Made by a program: the position numbers and the translations under genes. The notes under the pieces are model-generated. The model was not told where the DNA came from, ran no database searches, and saw only the letters and a list, made by a program, of their open reading frames with translations. Below are positions 12,146 through 21,425 of a DNA stretch of 64,000 bases, one piece after another (positions within the stretch are counted from its first letter, which is position 1; the number at the start of each line of letters is the position of its first letter). The stretch is from an uncultured Spirochaetota bacterium (GTDB lineage Bacteria > Spirochaetota > Brevinematia > Brevinematales > JAOACQ01). The DNA lies in assembly GCA_963835575.1 (NCBI GenBank), contig CAWIGG010000006.1, positions 192,001 through 256,000 on the forward strand, written 5' to 3'.

Positions 12146-13309
12146 ATGGCTAAAAGAAAACCAGCCTCTTCAAAGCGCAAACCCGGCCAGCTTCCCGAGA
12201 TTCAAAATATGCCCGATTTAGAGTATCTTTTTGTAAAAAAAGACAGGGCCATCAAAATCATCAAAGAGATGAGCGAATTCCTGAGGATACTGGACCTGAG
12301 GGAAAGCGAAATATTGAAAACCATGATCGTCCGCTTTGCCATCGAGTCCGTCGAAGCATCCCAGGGCTCTCTGATCGTTTATGACGAGGAAAATAAAGTC
12401 CTTAAATATCAAAATACTTATGTTTATGATTCGAATAATAAAATAGTCCTGGATACGAATATATACGAAGGCTACAGTAATCTTCTCGATGTTCATATCA
12501 AGGCAGGCGAGGGTGTCGCGGGGGATGCTTATGTCAAGGGCATACCCATTCTTGTGCCTTCCATTGAAGACAGCCCTTACGGGAACCCGATCATCGGCGA
12601 TATTATGAAAGTACAGGTCGGTTTGGTAATCGCGATGCCGCTCAAGATCAACAATGATGTTTCCGCGGTTTTCGAGATAACCAATTCAAAATCAAAACCG
12701 CCCTTTACAAACGACGACCTGGAAACCATTACTATCATAGCCAACTTCACTTCCACAATTCTTGAAAACGCCAGGCTTTTCCTCTGGGCGATCCATGACA
12801 GCCTGACGGGTCTGTACAACAATCATTACTTTTTTAAAGAGTTGAATGATGAAATCGAGAGAAGCAAACGCTACGGCAGGGTTTTTACACTCGTGATTTT
12901 TGACGTGGATAATTTCAAGCTTGTCAATGATTCGTTCGGCCACAGTTACGGGGATAAAGTCCTTAAGGAACTCGCGGAATCGATCGCGAATACCATCCGG
13001 AAGGATATCGATATCGCGTGCCGTTACGGGGGCGATGAATTTATTCTTCTTCTCCCAAACACAAGCGTGGAAAGCGCTTACAAGGTTTGCGAAAGGCTTT
13101 TGAATTTGATCCGCTCAAAGAAGATCATTTCGGGCGACGGGAAAGAATTCGGTTTTACGCTCAGCATGGGCCTTTGCGAGTTTCCGAGGGATGGAGAGGA
13201 GGTTTATTTTCTCTTTAATCATGCCGACGAAGCGCTTTATTACTCCAAGCGGAACGGCAAAAACAGGATAACTATATACAGCCCGCAGATCAGCGAGAGA
13301 ACGGCATAG
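12146..13309 (+). CDS. GAF-GGDEF diguanylate cyclase
   Basis: GAF-like region, DSLTGLYN, DVDNFKLVND.FGH, RYGGDEF. Confidence 0.92.
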   Translation: MAKRKPASSKRKPGQLPEIQNMPDLEYLFVKKDRAIKIIKEMSEFLRILDLRESEILKTMIVRFAIESVEASQGSLIVYDEENKVLKYQNTYVYDSNNKIVLDTNIYEGYSNLLDVHIKAGEGVAGDAYVKGIPILVPSIEDSPYGNPIIGDIMKVQVGLVIAMPLKINNDVSAVFEITNSKSKPPFTNDDLETITIIANFTSTILENARLFLWAIHDSLTGLYNNHYFFKELNDEIERSKRYGRVFTLVIFDVDNFKLVNDSFGHSYGDKVLKELAESIANTIRKDIDIACRYGGDEFILLLPNTSVESAYKVCERLLNLIRSKKIISGDGKEFGFTLSMGLCEFPRDGEEVYFLFNHADEALYYSKRNGKNRITIYSPQISERTA

Positions 13310-13314
13310 TCTTC

Positions 13315-13683
13315 TCAGAGCGCTTTTCCTTTCAAAGCCGATTCAATCGCTTTAAGGATCACTTTACTCGAAAGAGTGGCCCCGCTTACCGCGTCAACTT
13401 CAACCGATTGCTCTTCTATAACTTTATTTGTAATGCTCTCCGCTTTTTTGCCCAATCCGTTCCGGCGCTCTAAAATGTCGATCCCGGCAATCCTGTTGTT
13501 TTCAACTTTGACCCTGACATGGGCTTTCACCGGTCCCATTTCATATTCGCCGGTATAACTGCCGTTCCGGATTTTTGTCAGATCCTGATTTTCAACAATG
13601 ATTGTTTTCGGGTTAAAGCAGCCGGATAGAATGACAGCGGCCAATAATGCGGCTGTTGAAAGAAGGTTTGTTTTTCTGCTCAT
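13315..13683 (-). CDS. FMN-binding lipoprotein
   Basis: Lipobox LSGC; VDAVSGATLSS flavinylation motif. Confidence 0.85.
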   Translation of the reverse strand: MSRKTNLLSTAALLAAVILSGCFNPKTIIVENQDLTKIRNGSYTGEYEMGPVKAHVRVKVENNRIAGIDILERRNGLGKKAESITNKVIEEQSVEVDAVSGATLSSKVILKAIESALKGKAL

Positions 13684-13693
13684 TTGTTTCTCC

Positions 13694-14541
13694 CTACTTT
13701 AAATGGATATTCGTATTATTATATTCCAGGCTGACAAGACGGAATCTGGCGTATACATATTCGCCCCCGTTTGTATTCTGGTGTGTCGCGTCTCCCTCTG
13801 AAGGGATTTTAAAACCGTTCAATTCAATATAATTCCTGAGCGGGGTGGTCCATTTTTCCCTGATAAAACGGCCGTTTTCATCCCTGTACCTGCCGGTTGT
13901 AATCATATTCGTGATTTCACCGGTTTCATCAAAATAAAAAATCCCCGATACGGTATTGCCGCGGTCCATTATAACGGCTTTTGTCGAACCATCGTTTATC
14001 TTTTCCCATTTGACATAACTATTCAGAAAAGCCGTTGGTATGAAAACCATATTGTTCAGAAAGGTCACAAGGGCTGATCTGTCAAGTTCCGGTCCTTTCA
14101 TGTCAAACAGGGTGATGAGAGGCGTCAGTCTGCCGAGCATATTGCCTTTGCCGTCGATATAGCCGTCCCTTCCGGTCATACTGATGAACGGGAAAAAGCC
14201 GGCCGATATATAAAAAATCCGTGACGGGTTTTCAATGCCTGAAACCTGTTCCACATTGACATGCATCCAGGGCTGGTTTTCAGCTCTCTTCAGCTCTCCG
14301 CTGAATTTAACATGAGCAATCCGGATTTTTTCCTTTCCGACAACCCCGGCGAATTTTAAATACCTCCGGACAGGCTCCGGTAGATTTTTCAAATCGGCAT
14401 CTGTTATTATCTCTTTTTTTCTCCGCTGTTTTGTCTGATGAGTTCCTGGATTTCCCGGTCTGCCATTCCTTTTATGGAAGAACAGCCGGCTGCAAGATTT
14501 ATTATGATCAATGAACAGATTATAATTAAAAACTTTCGCAT
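13694..14541 (-). pseudogene. DUF6544-like lipoprotein split by a one-base frameshift in an A7 tract
   Basis: AAGGAG plus ATG at 14541 gives MRKFLIIICSLIIINLAAGC... (lipobox), stopping after 44 codons; the conserved body (LPEPVRRYL, G.G.M.G.L, WTTP..Y...NG..IP) continues in the -1 frame. Confidence 0.7.
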
Positions 14542-14631
14542 TATTTTCTCCTTGATTTATAATAAAATTTATTCCGGTTCTTTTATAAAGAATCATAAAC
14601 AACCGGGTTATTAAAAAGCAGTAGAAATTTA

Positions 14632-15252
14632 TTATTCCTGATTCATGAGGCCTTTGAGTAAGACATCAAAATGACGATTAATCAAATTCTCTTTTTGTCC
14701 ATCCGGGATGTTTTTTTCCAGAATAAGACGGGTGATCAGCCCATGCGTCGCGCACCAGATGATCTGGGCAGTCAGTTCCAGGGGAACAGGCCGGAATATG
14801 CCTTTCTGAACGCAGAGATCTAGCACCTGTATCATGACCTCGAATGTTTTTCTTTTTTTAGAGATCCCTTCTTCCAGTACACCGATTTTCTCCCCTGTCC
14901 CTTCAATATCGTTTAAGAGAATCGCCCGGAAGCTGTTCGGCTGGTCCATCTGGAGATTGATGTAATCCTTGAGCGATTCAACCAGCGATTTTTCGGGGTT
15001 AATGAGATCTATTTTCATCCGGCTTTGCGACTGAAGGATTTTTTTATAACCCTCATCCACAATGAAGGAAATGATTTCCGCCTTGTTTTTAAAATAGTGA
15101 TAGATATTTCCTGGGGAGTACTCAATCGTTTGCGCAATTTTACGGATTGAAAGGTTTTCGTACCCTTCCTTCACGATAATTTCGGTTGCCGCATCCAGGA
15201 TTTTCCTTTTAAGTTCCTCTTTTCCCCTTTCTTTTCGTTCATTCGATCCCAT
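14632..15252 (-). CDS. TetR/AcrR family regulator
   Basis: ILDAA...EGYENLSIRKIA..IEYSPGNIYHYFKNK HTH; WHG-like C-terminus; ATG at 15252 after GGAG. Confidence 0.92.
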   Translation of the reverse strand: MGSNERKERGKEELKRKILDAATEIIVKEGYENLSIRKIAQTIEYSPGNIYHYFKNKAEIISFIVDEGYKKILQSQSRMKIDLINPEKSLVESLKDYINLQMDQPNSFRAILLNDIEGTGEKIGVLEEGISKKRKTFEVMIQVLDLCVQKGIFRPVPLELTAQIIWCATHGLITRLILEKNIPDGQKENLINRHFDVLLKGLMNQE

Positions 15253-15269
15253 TATATTCTCCATAAGTA

Positions 15270-15300
15270 TAAACATTGTTTAATAAATAAACATTGTTTA
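15270..15300. promoter_or_regulatory. Tandem palindromic operators TAAACATTGTTTA (x2), probable TetR autoregulatory site
   Basis: Identical 13-bp palindromes at 15270-15282 and 15288-15300, directly upstream of the TetR start. Confidence 0.7.
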
Positions 15301-15527
15301 ATTATATTGTAACATTATTATTCTGATAATTCAAACGATTTAAAAAATGATTTTTAAACTCATTTATGATTTAATCTTCACAATTCAAATTCTTAGTACT
15401 GTCTATAAATTTTTATAGGTAAATTAAATTTTCAGGCTTGAATTTACGGCATTTATTATCTTTTTGACAATTGCTTTTTTTATGATTTTTGTTATCATGT
15501 TAAGAAATATTAATAAAGGTGGTAATA

Positions 15528-17699
15528 ATGAAAAATATTGTATTGAGGATTTCCGGAGTAATTTTGCTCTTTTTGACGGGATGCTGTTTAACCCGTTCGG
15601 ATTACCGGGGAGCGTTCAGCGATGTGAGATCGTTTTCCGAAGACTGCGCGCCGGCAGAAACAGGCGGTTACTGGGGTTTTATGGATAAGGACTGCCGACT
15701 TGCTGTTAATTCGCTTTATCAGGATGTGCGGCCTTTTTCCAATGGAAAAGCGGCTGTAAAAAAGAATAATCTCTGGGGCTATGTTGACAAATGCGGAAAC
15801 GTTGTCATTCAGCTCCTTTATGAAGACGCGGGAAGCTTTAAGGAAGGATTATCTCCTGTCATGATCAGCGGACTTTGGAAATATATTGGTGAAAACGGGT
15901 CAGCTGTTATATCCCCGCGGTTTAAAAAGGCAAAGGATTTTTCAGAAGGATTGGCCGCAGTCAGTACAAATAATCTTTGGGGCTTTATTGATAAAAACGG
16001 TAGTTTTATCATCCAGCCTGTTTTTGATGATGCCGGCAATTTCGGCAGCGGCCTTGCGCCTGTAAAAAATCCGTCCGGCAAATGGGGATATATCGGCCGC
16101 AGCGGCATCAATTATATCATTATGCCGGCTTATGAAGATGCGACAGCCTTTTCAGAAGACCTGGCTGCTGTAAAGACCGGATTAGAGGAATGGCGGTATA
16201 TCAATACCGGAGGTCAGGCTGTTTCTGCAATTACTTATTTAAATGCGCTTCCATATTCTGACGGTCTCGCGGCCGTCAAGATTGATCAGAAATGGGGATT
16301 TATTGATAAGAATGGAACATTAAAAATCAGCAATACCTATGATGAAGCCTCTTCCTTCGGCAGCGGGCTGGCGCTGGTAAAAAAGGACGGGGCTGTTTTT
16401 TATATCGATAAAAGCGGCGAACCTTCAATCTTCCCTCCTATCCTGCCCCGGTTAAACCAGGGAGCTTCCAGGGGCGATCTCCTTGCGGCGGTCAGGCTGG
16501 CCGATTATTCAGAGAATTTAGTCAAAGAAAAAGTGGATGAATTGAAAAACAAATATATAACCAATTATAATAATATCAATCCGCTCAGCAGGTGGCTTTT
16601 TGACCGGACCGAGCAGGAATTGATAATATTCGGACTTTCGGGCGTACCCAGAAAACTGGAGCTCTACAGGCTGATATACCGGACGATCGATGCGAAAAGC
16701 AATTTTATCACCAATTCCGGCCTGCTGATCATGCCAAAGACACGAATGTGTGAAAGGACGCCTTACAGGGCCCCGATCCTGAGCCTTCAGCATGCCACGC
16801 AGTACATGCGGACCAATGCGCCTTCCTATAATATGAATGATCCCCAGGTCCTGGTCGGCATAGTCAACGCGGGTATAGCCGGCTTTATTACTGCAATGCC
16901 CGATTATCCCGGCATGGGCTTTGATAAACATGAACTCCATCCTTATTGTCATGGAAAATCGATCGCTTTTTCCGTCGTGGATATGATCCGGGCCGCGAGG
17001 ATTTTCTGCGCGACAAACAGCGCCCAGGTAAAATGGGACGGCAGGGTGGCGGTGATGGGATATTCCGAGGGAGGCTATTCGACAATGGCCGCTGCCAGAG
17101 AGCTGGAAACCTTTCACAGTATTGAACTGCCGCTGATGATTTCAGAACCTCTTGCCGGTCCTTTTGATATTTCGGGGACCATGAAGAATGTGATGCTGCA
17201 GGACACCCCATTCGGGGCTCCTGATTTTCTGCCCTATGTAGTGCTGGGTTATAGTTCGATCTATGGAGCGTTCAATCCTTCATCAGCCCTTAATGTTCCT
17301 TATGACACAAGTATGCCGCTGGTAATTGACGGGGAACACAGCCTGGCGCAGATCAGCTCGAATATTAATACTAATATACCCAAAGCAATGCTTTCAAGCG
17401 TTTTTATCGGTATGCTGAATAATCCAGGCAGTCCCGTTATGTCCATCCTCCGGGAAAATGATCTCTATAAAGGCTGGATGCCGAAGGCCCCTATGATACT
17501 GATGCACTCTCCCATTGATGAATTAGTCCCCTATTCCAATTCGGTTGTTGCTTATAATGCATTTACCGGCAGCGGCGCGGCAAAAATAAAATTGATAAAT
17601 CTCTATCCAACGTCGCATGAAGTCGGCGGCATCCAGGGCCTTTTAGCTGCCACTGTTATCAACATTTTTCTTCTCAGGGGAGGTGTTTATACCAACTGA
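15528..17699 (+). CDS. Lipoprotein with WG (KWG) repeats fused to an alpha/beta-hydrolase (secretory-lipase-like) domain
   Basis: Lipobox LTGC; repeated F.EGLAAV...WGFID..G units; PDYPGMG, GYSEGG nucleophile elbow, HS..DELVP. Confidence 0.85.
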   Translation: MKNIVLRISGVILLFLTGCCLTRSDYRGAFSDVRSFSEDCAPAETGGYWGFMDKDCRLAVNSLYQDVRPFSNGKAAVKKNNLWGYVDKCGNVVIQLLYEDAGSFKEGLSPVMISGLWKYIGENGSAVISPRFKKAKDFSEGLAAVSTNNLWGFIDKNGSFIIQPVFDDAGNFGSGLAPVKNPSGKWGYIGRSGINYIIMPAYEDATAFSEDLAAVKTGLEEWRYINTGGQAVSAITYLNALPYSDGLAAVKIDQKWGFIDKNGTLKISNTYDEASSFGSGLALVKKDGAVFYIDKSGEPSIFPPILPRLNQGASRGDLLAAVRLADYSENLVKEKVDELKNKYITNYNNINPLSRWLFDRTEQELIIFGLSGVPRKLELYRLIYRTIDAKSNFITNSGLLIMPKTRMCERTPYRAPILSLQHATQYMRTNAPSYNMNDPQVLVGIVNAGIAGFITAMPDYPGMGFDKHELHPYCHGKSIAFSVVDMIRAARIFCATNSAQVKWDGRVAVMGYSEGGYSTMAAARELETFHSIELPLMISEPLAGPFDISGTMKNVMLQDTPFGAPDFLPYVVLGYSSIYGAFNPSSALNVPYDTSMPLVIDGEHSLAQISSNINTNIPKAMLSSVFIGMLNNPGSPVMSILRENDLYKGWMPKAPMILMHSPIDELVPYSNSVVAYNAFTGSGAAKIKLINLYPTSHEVGGIQGLLAATVINIFLLRGGVYTN

Positions 17700-17833
17700 G
17701 GCTGTTTATTACGGAAATGGTTTTATGCAGTCCGGCGGTTCAGGCCGTTTGAAAATGGCCGGCGCCCGGATCTGTTTTACAAACAGGTCTTCTTAATAAC
17801 TGTTTAAAAGATTATTGCCAAATACAATGCCGA

Positions 17834-18199
17834 TTATTTTACTTTTCCCTTTATAACCGATCCTGCGGCCCAGGTCGATAGGAAAATAAGCGTAAAAGGA
17901 AGCCAAGTTCCGATCAGGCTCCTGAACATATCAAAGCTTTTAACTATCAATAACGCTACAACAAAAAAATCCAAGAATATAACAGTCAGAACAAAAATTA
18001 CAGCCGTTTTAAGTGGATCCGTATAATTAAATATTTTAAAATAAAAGATCGATACCGCGAAAAAGATAACCGGAGCCGCGAAGGCATGGATAACCAGAGC
18101 GGCATTCAAAGGCAGGAGCGCCATTCCGGCGCCCATCACGGCCGCGCAGAGGGCCCAGCCGATGAAGGCATGAATTAAAATAATTATCGCCTTTTTCAT
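17834..18199 (-). CDS. Small multi-TM membrane protein
   Basis: 121-aa hydrophobic ORF overlapping the stop of the upstream ORF (ATGA). Confidence 0.75.
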   Translation of the reverse strand: MKKAIIILIHAFIGWALCAAVMGAGMALLPLNAALVIHAFAAPVIFFAVSIFYFKIFNYTDPLKTAVIFVLTVIFLDFFVVALLIVKSFDMFRSLIGTWLPFTLIFLSTWAAGSVIKGKVK

Positions 18200-18408
18200 G
18201 CGCGCATTGAGCCTTTCACCTTATTAAAAAGGTCGTTGACCATCTGACTGTTGCCTTCAAAACATGCATTGATCAGATTTTCATTGATTTTTGTTTTTTC
18301 AGCGATCTGGCGCACTGAATTTCTGTCAAAGCCTTTCCGCGCCAATAATTTTAAAGCCGCCTTAAAAATCCTTTCTTCCATTCTCTTGTTTAATTCCCGT
18401 TCAATCAT
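18196..18408 (-). CDS. TetR-type HTH-only protein (possibly truncated)
   Basis: ERIFKAALKLLARKGFDRNSVRQIAEK; only 70 aa, no ligand domain; GGAGGG RBS. Confidence 0.6.
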   Translation of the reverse strand: MIERELNKRMEERIFKAALKLLARKGFDRNSVRQIAEKTKINENLINACFEGNSQMVNDLFNKVKGSMRA

Positions 18409-18600
18409 AAGCCCTCCCCTGCATTAATAGTTAAGCAATAATTATGCCGCCAGTAAGAAGCTTATCGATTCCTTGTTTTATAAGGATTCAAAAAACCCCT
18501 CCCTATAATTTTCGGACTTTTTTTATCAGGAATAATATATCAGGAATGATTATTTGGAAGGAATTACTGAATAATGAAAATATTGGATGAATATTTTTAT

Positions 18601-18699
18601 TAACCACTGGGTACACAGAGGACACAGAGATTTAATAATATGCTGCAAGGTAATGAATTAAATAGTATAAACTCAGTGTTCTCAGTGATCTGTGGTTAA
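18601..18699. repeat. Inverted-repeat element with ~9-bp-period arms (CACAGAG family)
   Basis: TAACCACTGGGTACACAGAGGACACAGAG ... CTCAGTGTTCTCAGTGATCTGTGGTTA. Confidence 0.75.
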
Positions 18700-18886
18700 A
18701 TCCCGGCTTTTGGGTATTCATTCAAGTTTAATAAAAGTTGTTTTCACAAAGTCTGCAGGTTCACCATCCAGGCTTGCCTAATCCATTCTATGGCTGAACG
18801 GATACAAAACATTATAATCAATTTTAAAATATCCTGATAGTCTTGCCTATCCAGCGGAAATTAATTTTGGACAGGATTATTCTGTT

Positions 18887-19894
18887 TTAAAATCCAAACC
18901 CCGCCGACAGGCCGGCGTTAAACTGCAAACTTTCCTGGTTGTATCCGACAGTATTGATCAGACCGGCCGGGCCCTCCGAAGTATTTTCATAACGCGTCTG
19001 GGTTTGGTTTCCGCTTGTCATGACGTACATAAATTCACCATTTATTGAAATAGAAAGGGCGCTGGTAAAATTGAGAGATAAGTTTGCCCCGGCTATATAG
19101 GCGCTGCCCGTACTGAAAGCATTCATTTCCTTTGACCTGAGAATATGGTCGTCGCGGTCGGCGCAAATAGCAATGGGGGAAAATCCAAGCATCAAATACA
19201 ATTTAAACAAATCGGAAAAGATATTCCCGGCCATATTAAAATAGGGAATGTACTGACGTAATTCATATGAACCGACCTTTCCTGGAATTAAAATATGATT
19301 GGCATAATCCGGTGTTAAATATGATTTATACTGTTCATATGAAGGATACCATTGGTCCAGATTGCTGATATCGAAATAAAAGTACTGAAATAAAAAAGCC
19401 CCGCCGAAGGCGGCGGAATACCAGCTCCCTGAAAATACGGTATAGAGCAGCATCCCTTCGATTGAAAAGAAGTTAATGCTTGTATCGGATGTGGAAAATA
19501 TATCCAGCGTTGAGGGACTCGCCGAATCCGCCCATGAATTAGTGGAAAGGTACCAGTAGCCCCAGTCTGAATCCTCTGTCTTGCCGGCGTCGGATGTCAG
19601 GCTTTTTTTGATGCAGAGCTTTACATTAAAATTATCCAGGAAATTCAATTCGGCTTCTGTTCTTAACAGGTAAGTATTGAGCGGAAATTTCAGCTGGCTT
19701 AAGGGGATTGTGCTCCCTGAACCGTCCGGTAAAGTCACGCTTCCACCGATTTTATACAGCGTATAGCCGGACATCATTTCCGCGCCGGCGGAAACTGAGA
19801 ACGTATTTGTGCTGCTGTATGACAAACTCAAGACAAAAAAGAGAAATAATAATAAAAAATTAATGCCTTTATTTGATAATACATTCTTAATCAT
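18887..19894 (-). CDS. Omptin-family outer-membrane protease-like beta-barrel
   Basis: Signal peptide, SQLKFP, EDSDW and DRDDH matching the omptin Asp/Asp and Asp/His pairs; C-terminal Phe. Confidence 0.75.
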   Translation of the reverse strand: MIKNVLSNKGINFLLLFLFFVLSLSYSSTNTFSVSAGAEMMSGYTLYKIGGSVTLPDGSGSTIPLSQLKFPLNTYLLRTEAELNFLDNFNVKLCIKKSLTSDAGKTEDSDWGYWYLSTNSWADSASPSTLDIFSTSDTSINFFSIEGMLLYTVFSGSWYSAAFGGAFLFQYFYFDISNLDQWYPSYEQYKSYLTPDYANHILIPGKVGSYELRQYIPYFNMAGNIFSDLFKLYLMLGFSPIAICADRDDHILRSKEMNAFSTGSAYIAGANLSLNFTSALSISINGEFMYVMTSGNQTQTRYENTSEGPAGLINTVGYNQESLQFNAGLSAGFGF

Positions 19895-20136
19895 AAATCT
19901 TTTCTTAACTAAATATAATAACTTATAATAGGCTTATTTCAATCAAATTTTATATTGTTAAAAATAAAACAAGCGGGAGATCATTCGGTTCTCAATATAT
20001 AATACGATCCGGACGGATGTTTTTTGCTAATAAAAATAAATATTTTTTCCGGGAATATGACACCAATCGGAAGTCATTAGTCAACAGTTTATAACTAATA
20101 GACTGATGAGTTCCGACTTTTGACTGCCAACCGGCG

Positions 20137-21177
20137 TTATCCCTTTATTTCCGACATATATTTCGCCCCGCAGCGCCAGCAGACTGAAAATGGGGCCTTT
20201 CGCCTGTGTTCCCTGAAGAGTTCCGCCCTTTCAGAATTCCAGAGCTCTTCTATCGTTGATTCTTTAATATTGCCGAATGAGTAATCGGGGAAATCGACGC
20301 AGAAGTTCGCGCTGCCGTCGGGCTGGATATCGATCAGTTTTTCCACATTTGAGCATGGGATTGATTTAACGGGGGTCAATGGGTTATCAAACCATGTTTT
20401 ATACTCGTCTTCGGTAAGAGGGAGGTAGGGAAAGTTTTTGATCTCCTTCAAACCGGCCAGGTATTTTCCATACTCTTCCCGGAAGATATCAAAATCGATT
20501 CCGGAATCCTCATGATGAAAACCGCGCCACGAAAAGGCCCTGCATGAAAAATTGTCCATAAGCTCTTTTTCATAAAGGCGGCCGATTTTTTCCGGGACGT
20601 AATAATAGGGGACAATGCAGATGGAGCCGATGCCGAGGCTCCTGGCGATATCCGGCATACTGCCCAGGCCTTTATAGGAATAAGGACTGATGGTAAAAGT
20701 TATCGATTTTCCTATTTTGTTCGGGCTCTTTTTTTCCAGCTCATTCAACAGGGCGATATTTTCTTTTATTTTTTTAAAGCAGCCCTTAAAGCCGCGCACT
20801 TTATCATGGATCTCTTCAGGCCCGTCCACGGAGACGGTCAGGTGCATTCTGCCGATGCGGAGAATATCGGCGGCGTAGTCTCTCAGCACTGTGCCGTTCG
20901 TGTCAATGGAAATAAATATTCCCTTTCCGTTGATATATTCCAGAAGTTCAATGATGCCGGGGAAGAGGAATGGTTCGCCTCCCCGCAGTAATATGGAAGA
21001 AGCCTGATGCGAAGCCGCTTCGTCAACGAGCCTTTTCCAGTCTGATAGTCCCAGTTCTTTTTTCAGGCCGGCTTTATTATGATGCATATAGCCTTCTTTA
21101 CTCCATTGTCCGCACATCTGACAGCGGAGGTTGCAGGCGTTTGTTATTGTGAACAATATCGACTGCGGGAAATTCAT
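20137..21177 (-). CDS. Radical SAM protein with SPASM/twitch domain
   Basis: CNLRCQMC, GGEPF, VSVDG, C-terminal FGNI...IEELWNS...CWRC. Confidence 0.9.
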   Translation of the reverse strand: MNFPQSILFTITNACNLRCQMCGQWSKEGYMHHNKAGLKKELGLSDWKRLVDEAASHQASSILLRGGEPFLFPGIIELLEYINGKGIFISIDTNGTVLRDYAADILRIGRMHLTVSVDGPEEIHDKVRGFKGCFKKIKENIALLNELEKKSPNKIGKSITFTISPYSYKGLGSMPDIARSLGIGSICIVPYYYVPEKIGRLYEKELMDNFSCRAFSWRGFHHEDSGIDFDIFREEYGKYLAGLKEIKNFPYLPLTEDEYKTWFDNPLTPVKSIPCSNVEKLIDIQPDGSANFCVDFPDYSFGNIKESTIEELWNSERAELFREHRRKAPFSVCWRCGAKYMSEIKG

Positions 21178-21219
21178 AAATGACTCCTATAAACAATCTT
21201 ATGAGGATTGACTGGTTTT

Positions 21220-21351
21220 CCGCGAATTCACGCTAAGGCTCGCAAATAAAATTTGTTTCTTTAAATATTTCCATTACAATTCTCTCCATTTTATCCCAAT
21301 TAGCGTTTATGGATTCGGCAGGCTCACCACAAGTTTGCGTGTATTAGCGGG
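21220..21351. repeat. Inverted-repeat element (CGCGAAT family) with a REP-like insert in the right arm
   Basis: CCGCGAATTCACGCTAAGGCTCGCAAAT ... TTAGCGTTTAT[GGATTCGGCAGGCTCACCACAAGT]TTGCGTGTATTAGCGGG. Confidence 0.7.
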
Positions 21352-21425
21352 TTATCGATTCCTCCTTTGCTGAGTCCGAATAAGTTTTGGAATAGATAAT
21401 ATTATTAACATTAAAGTATTTTTAA

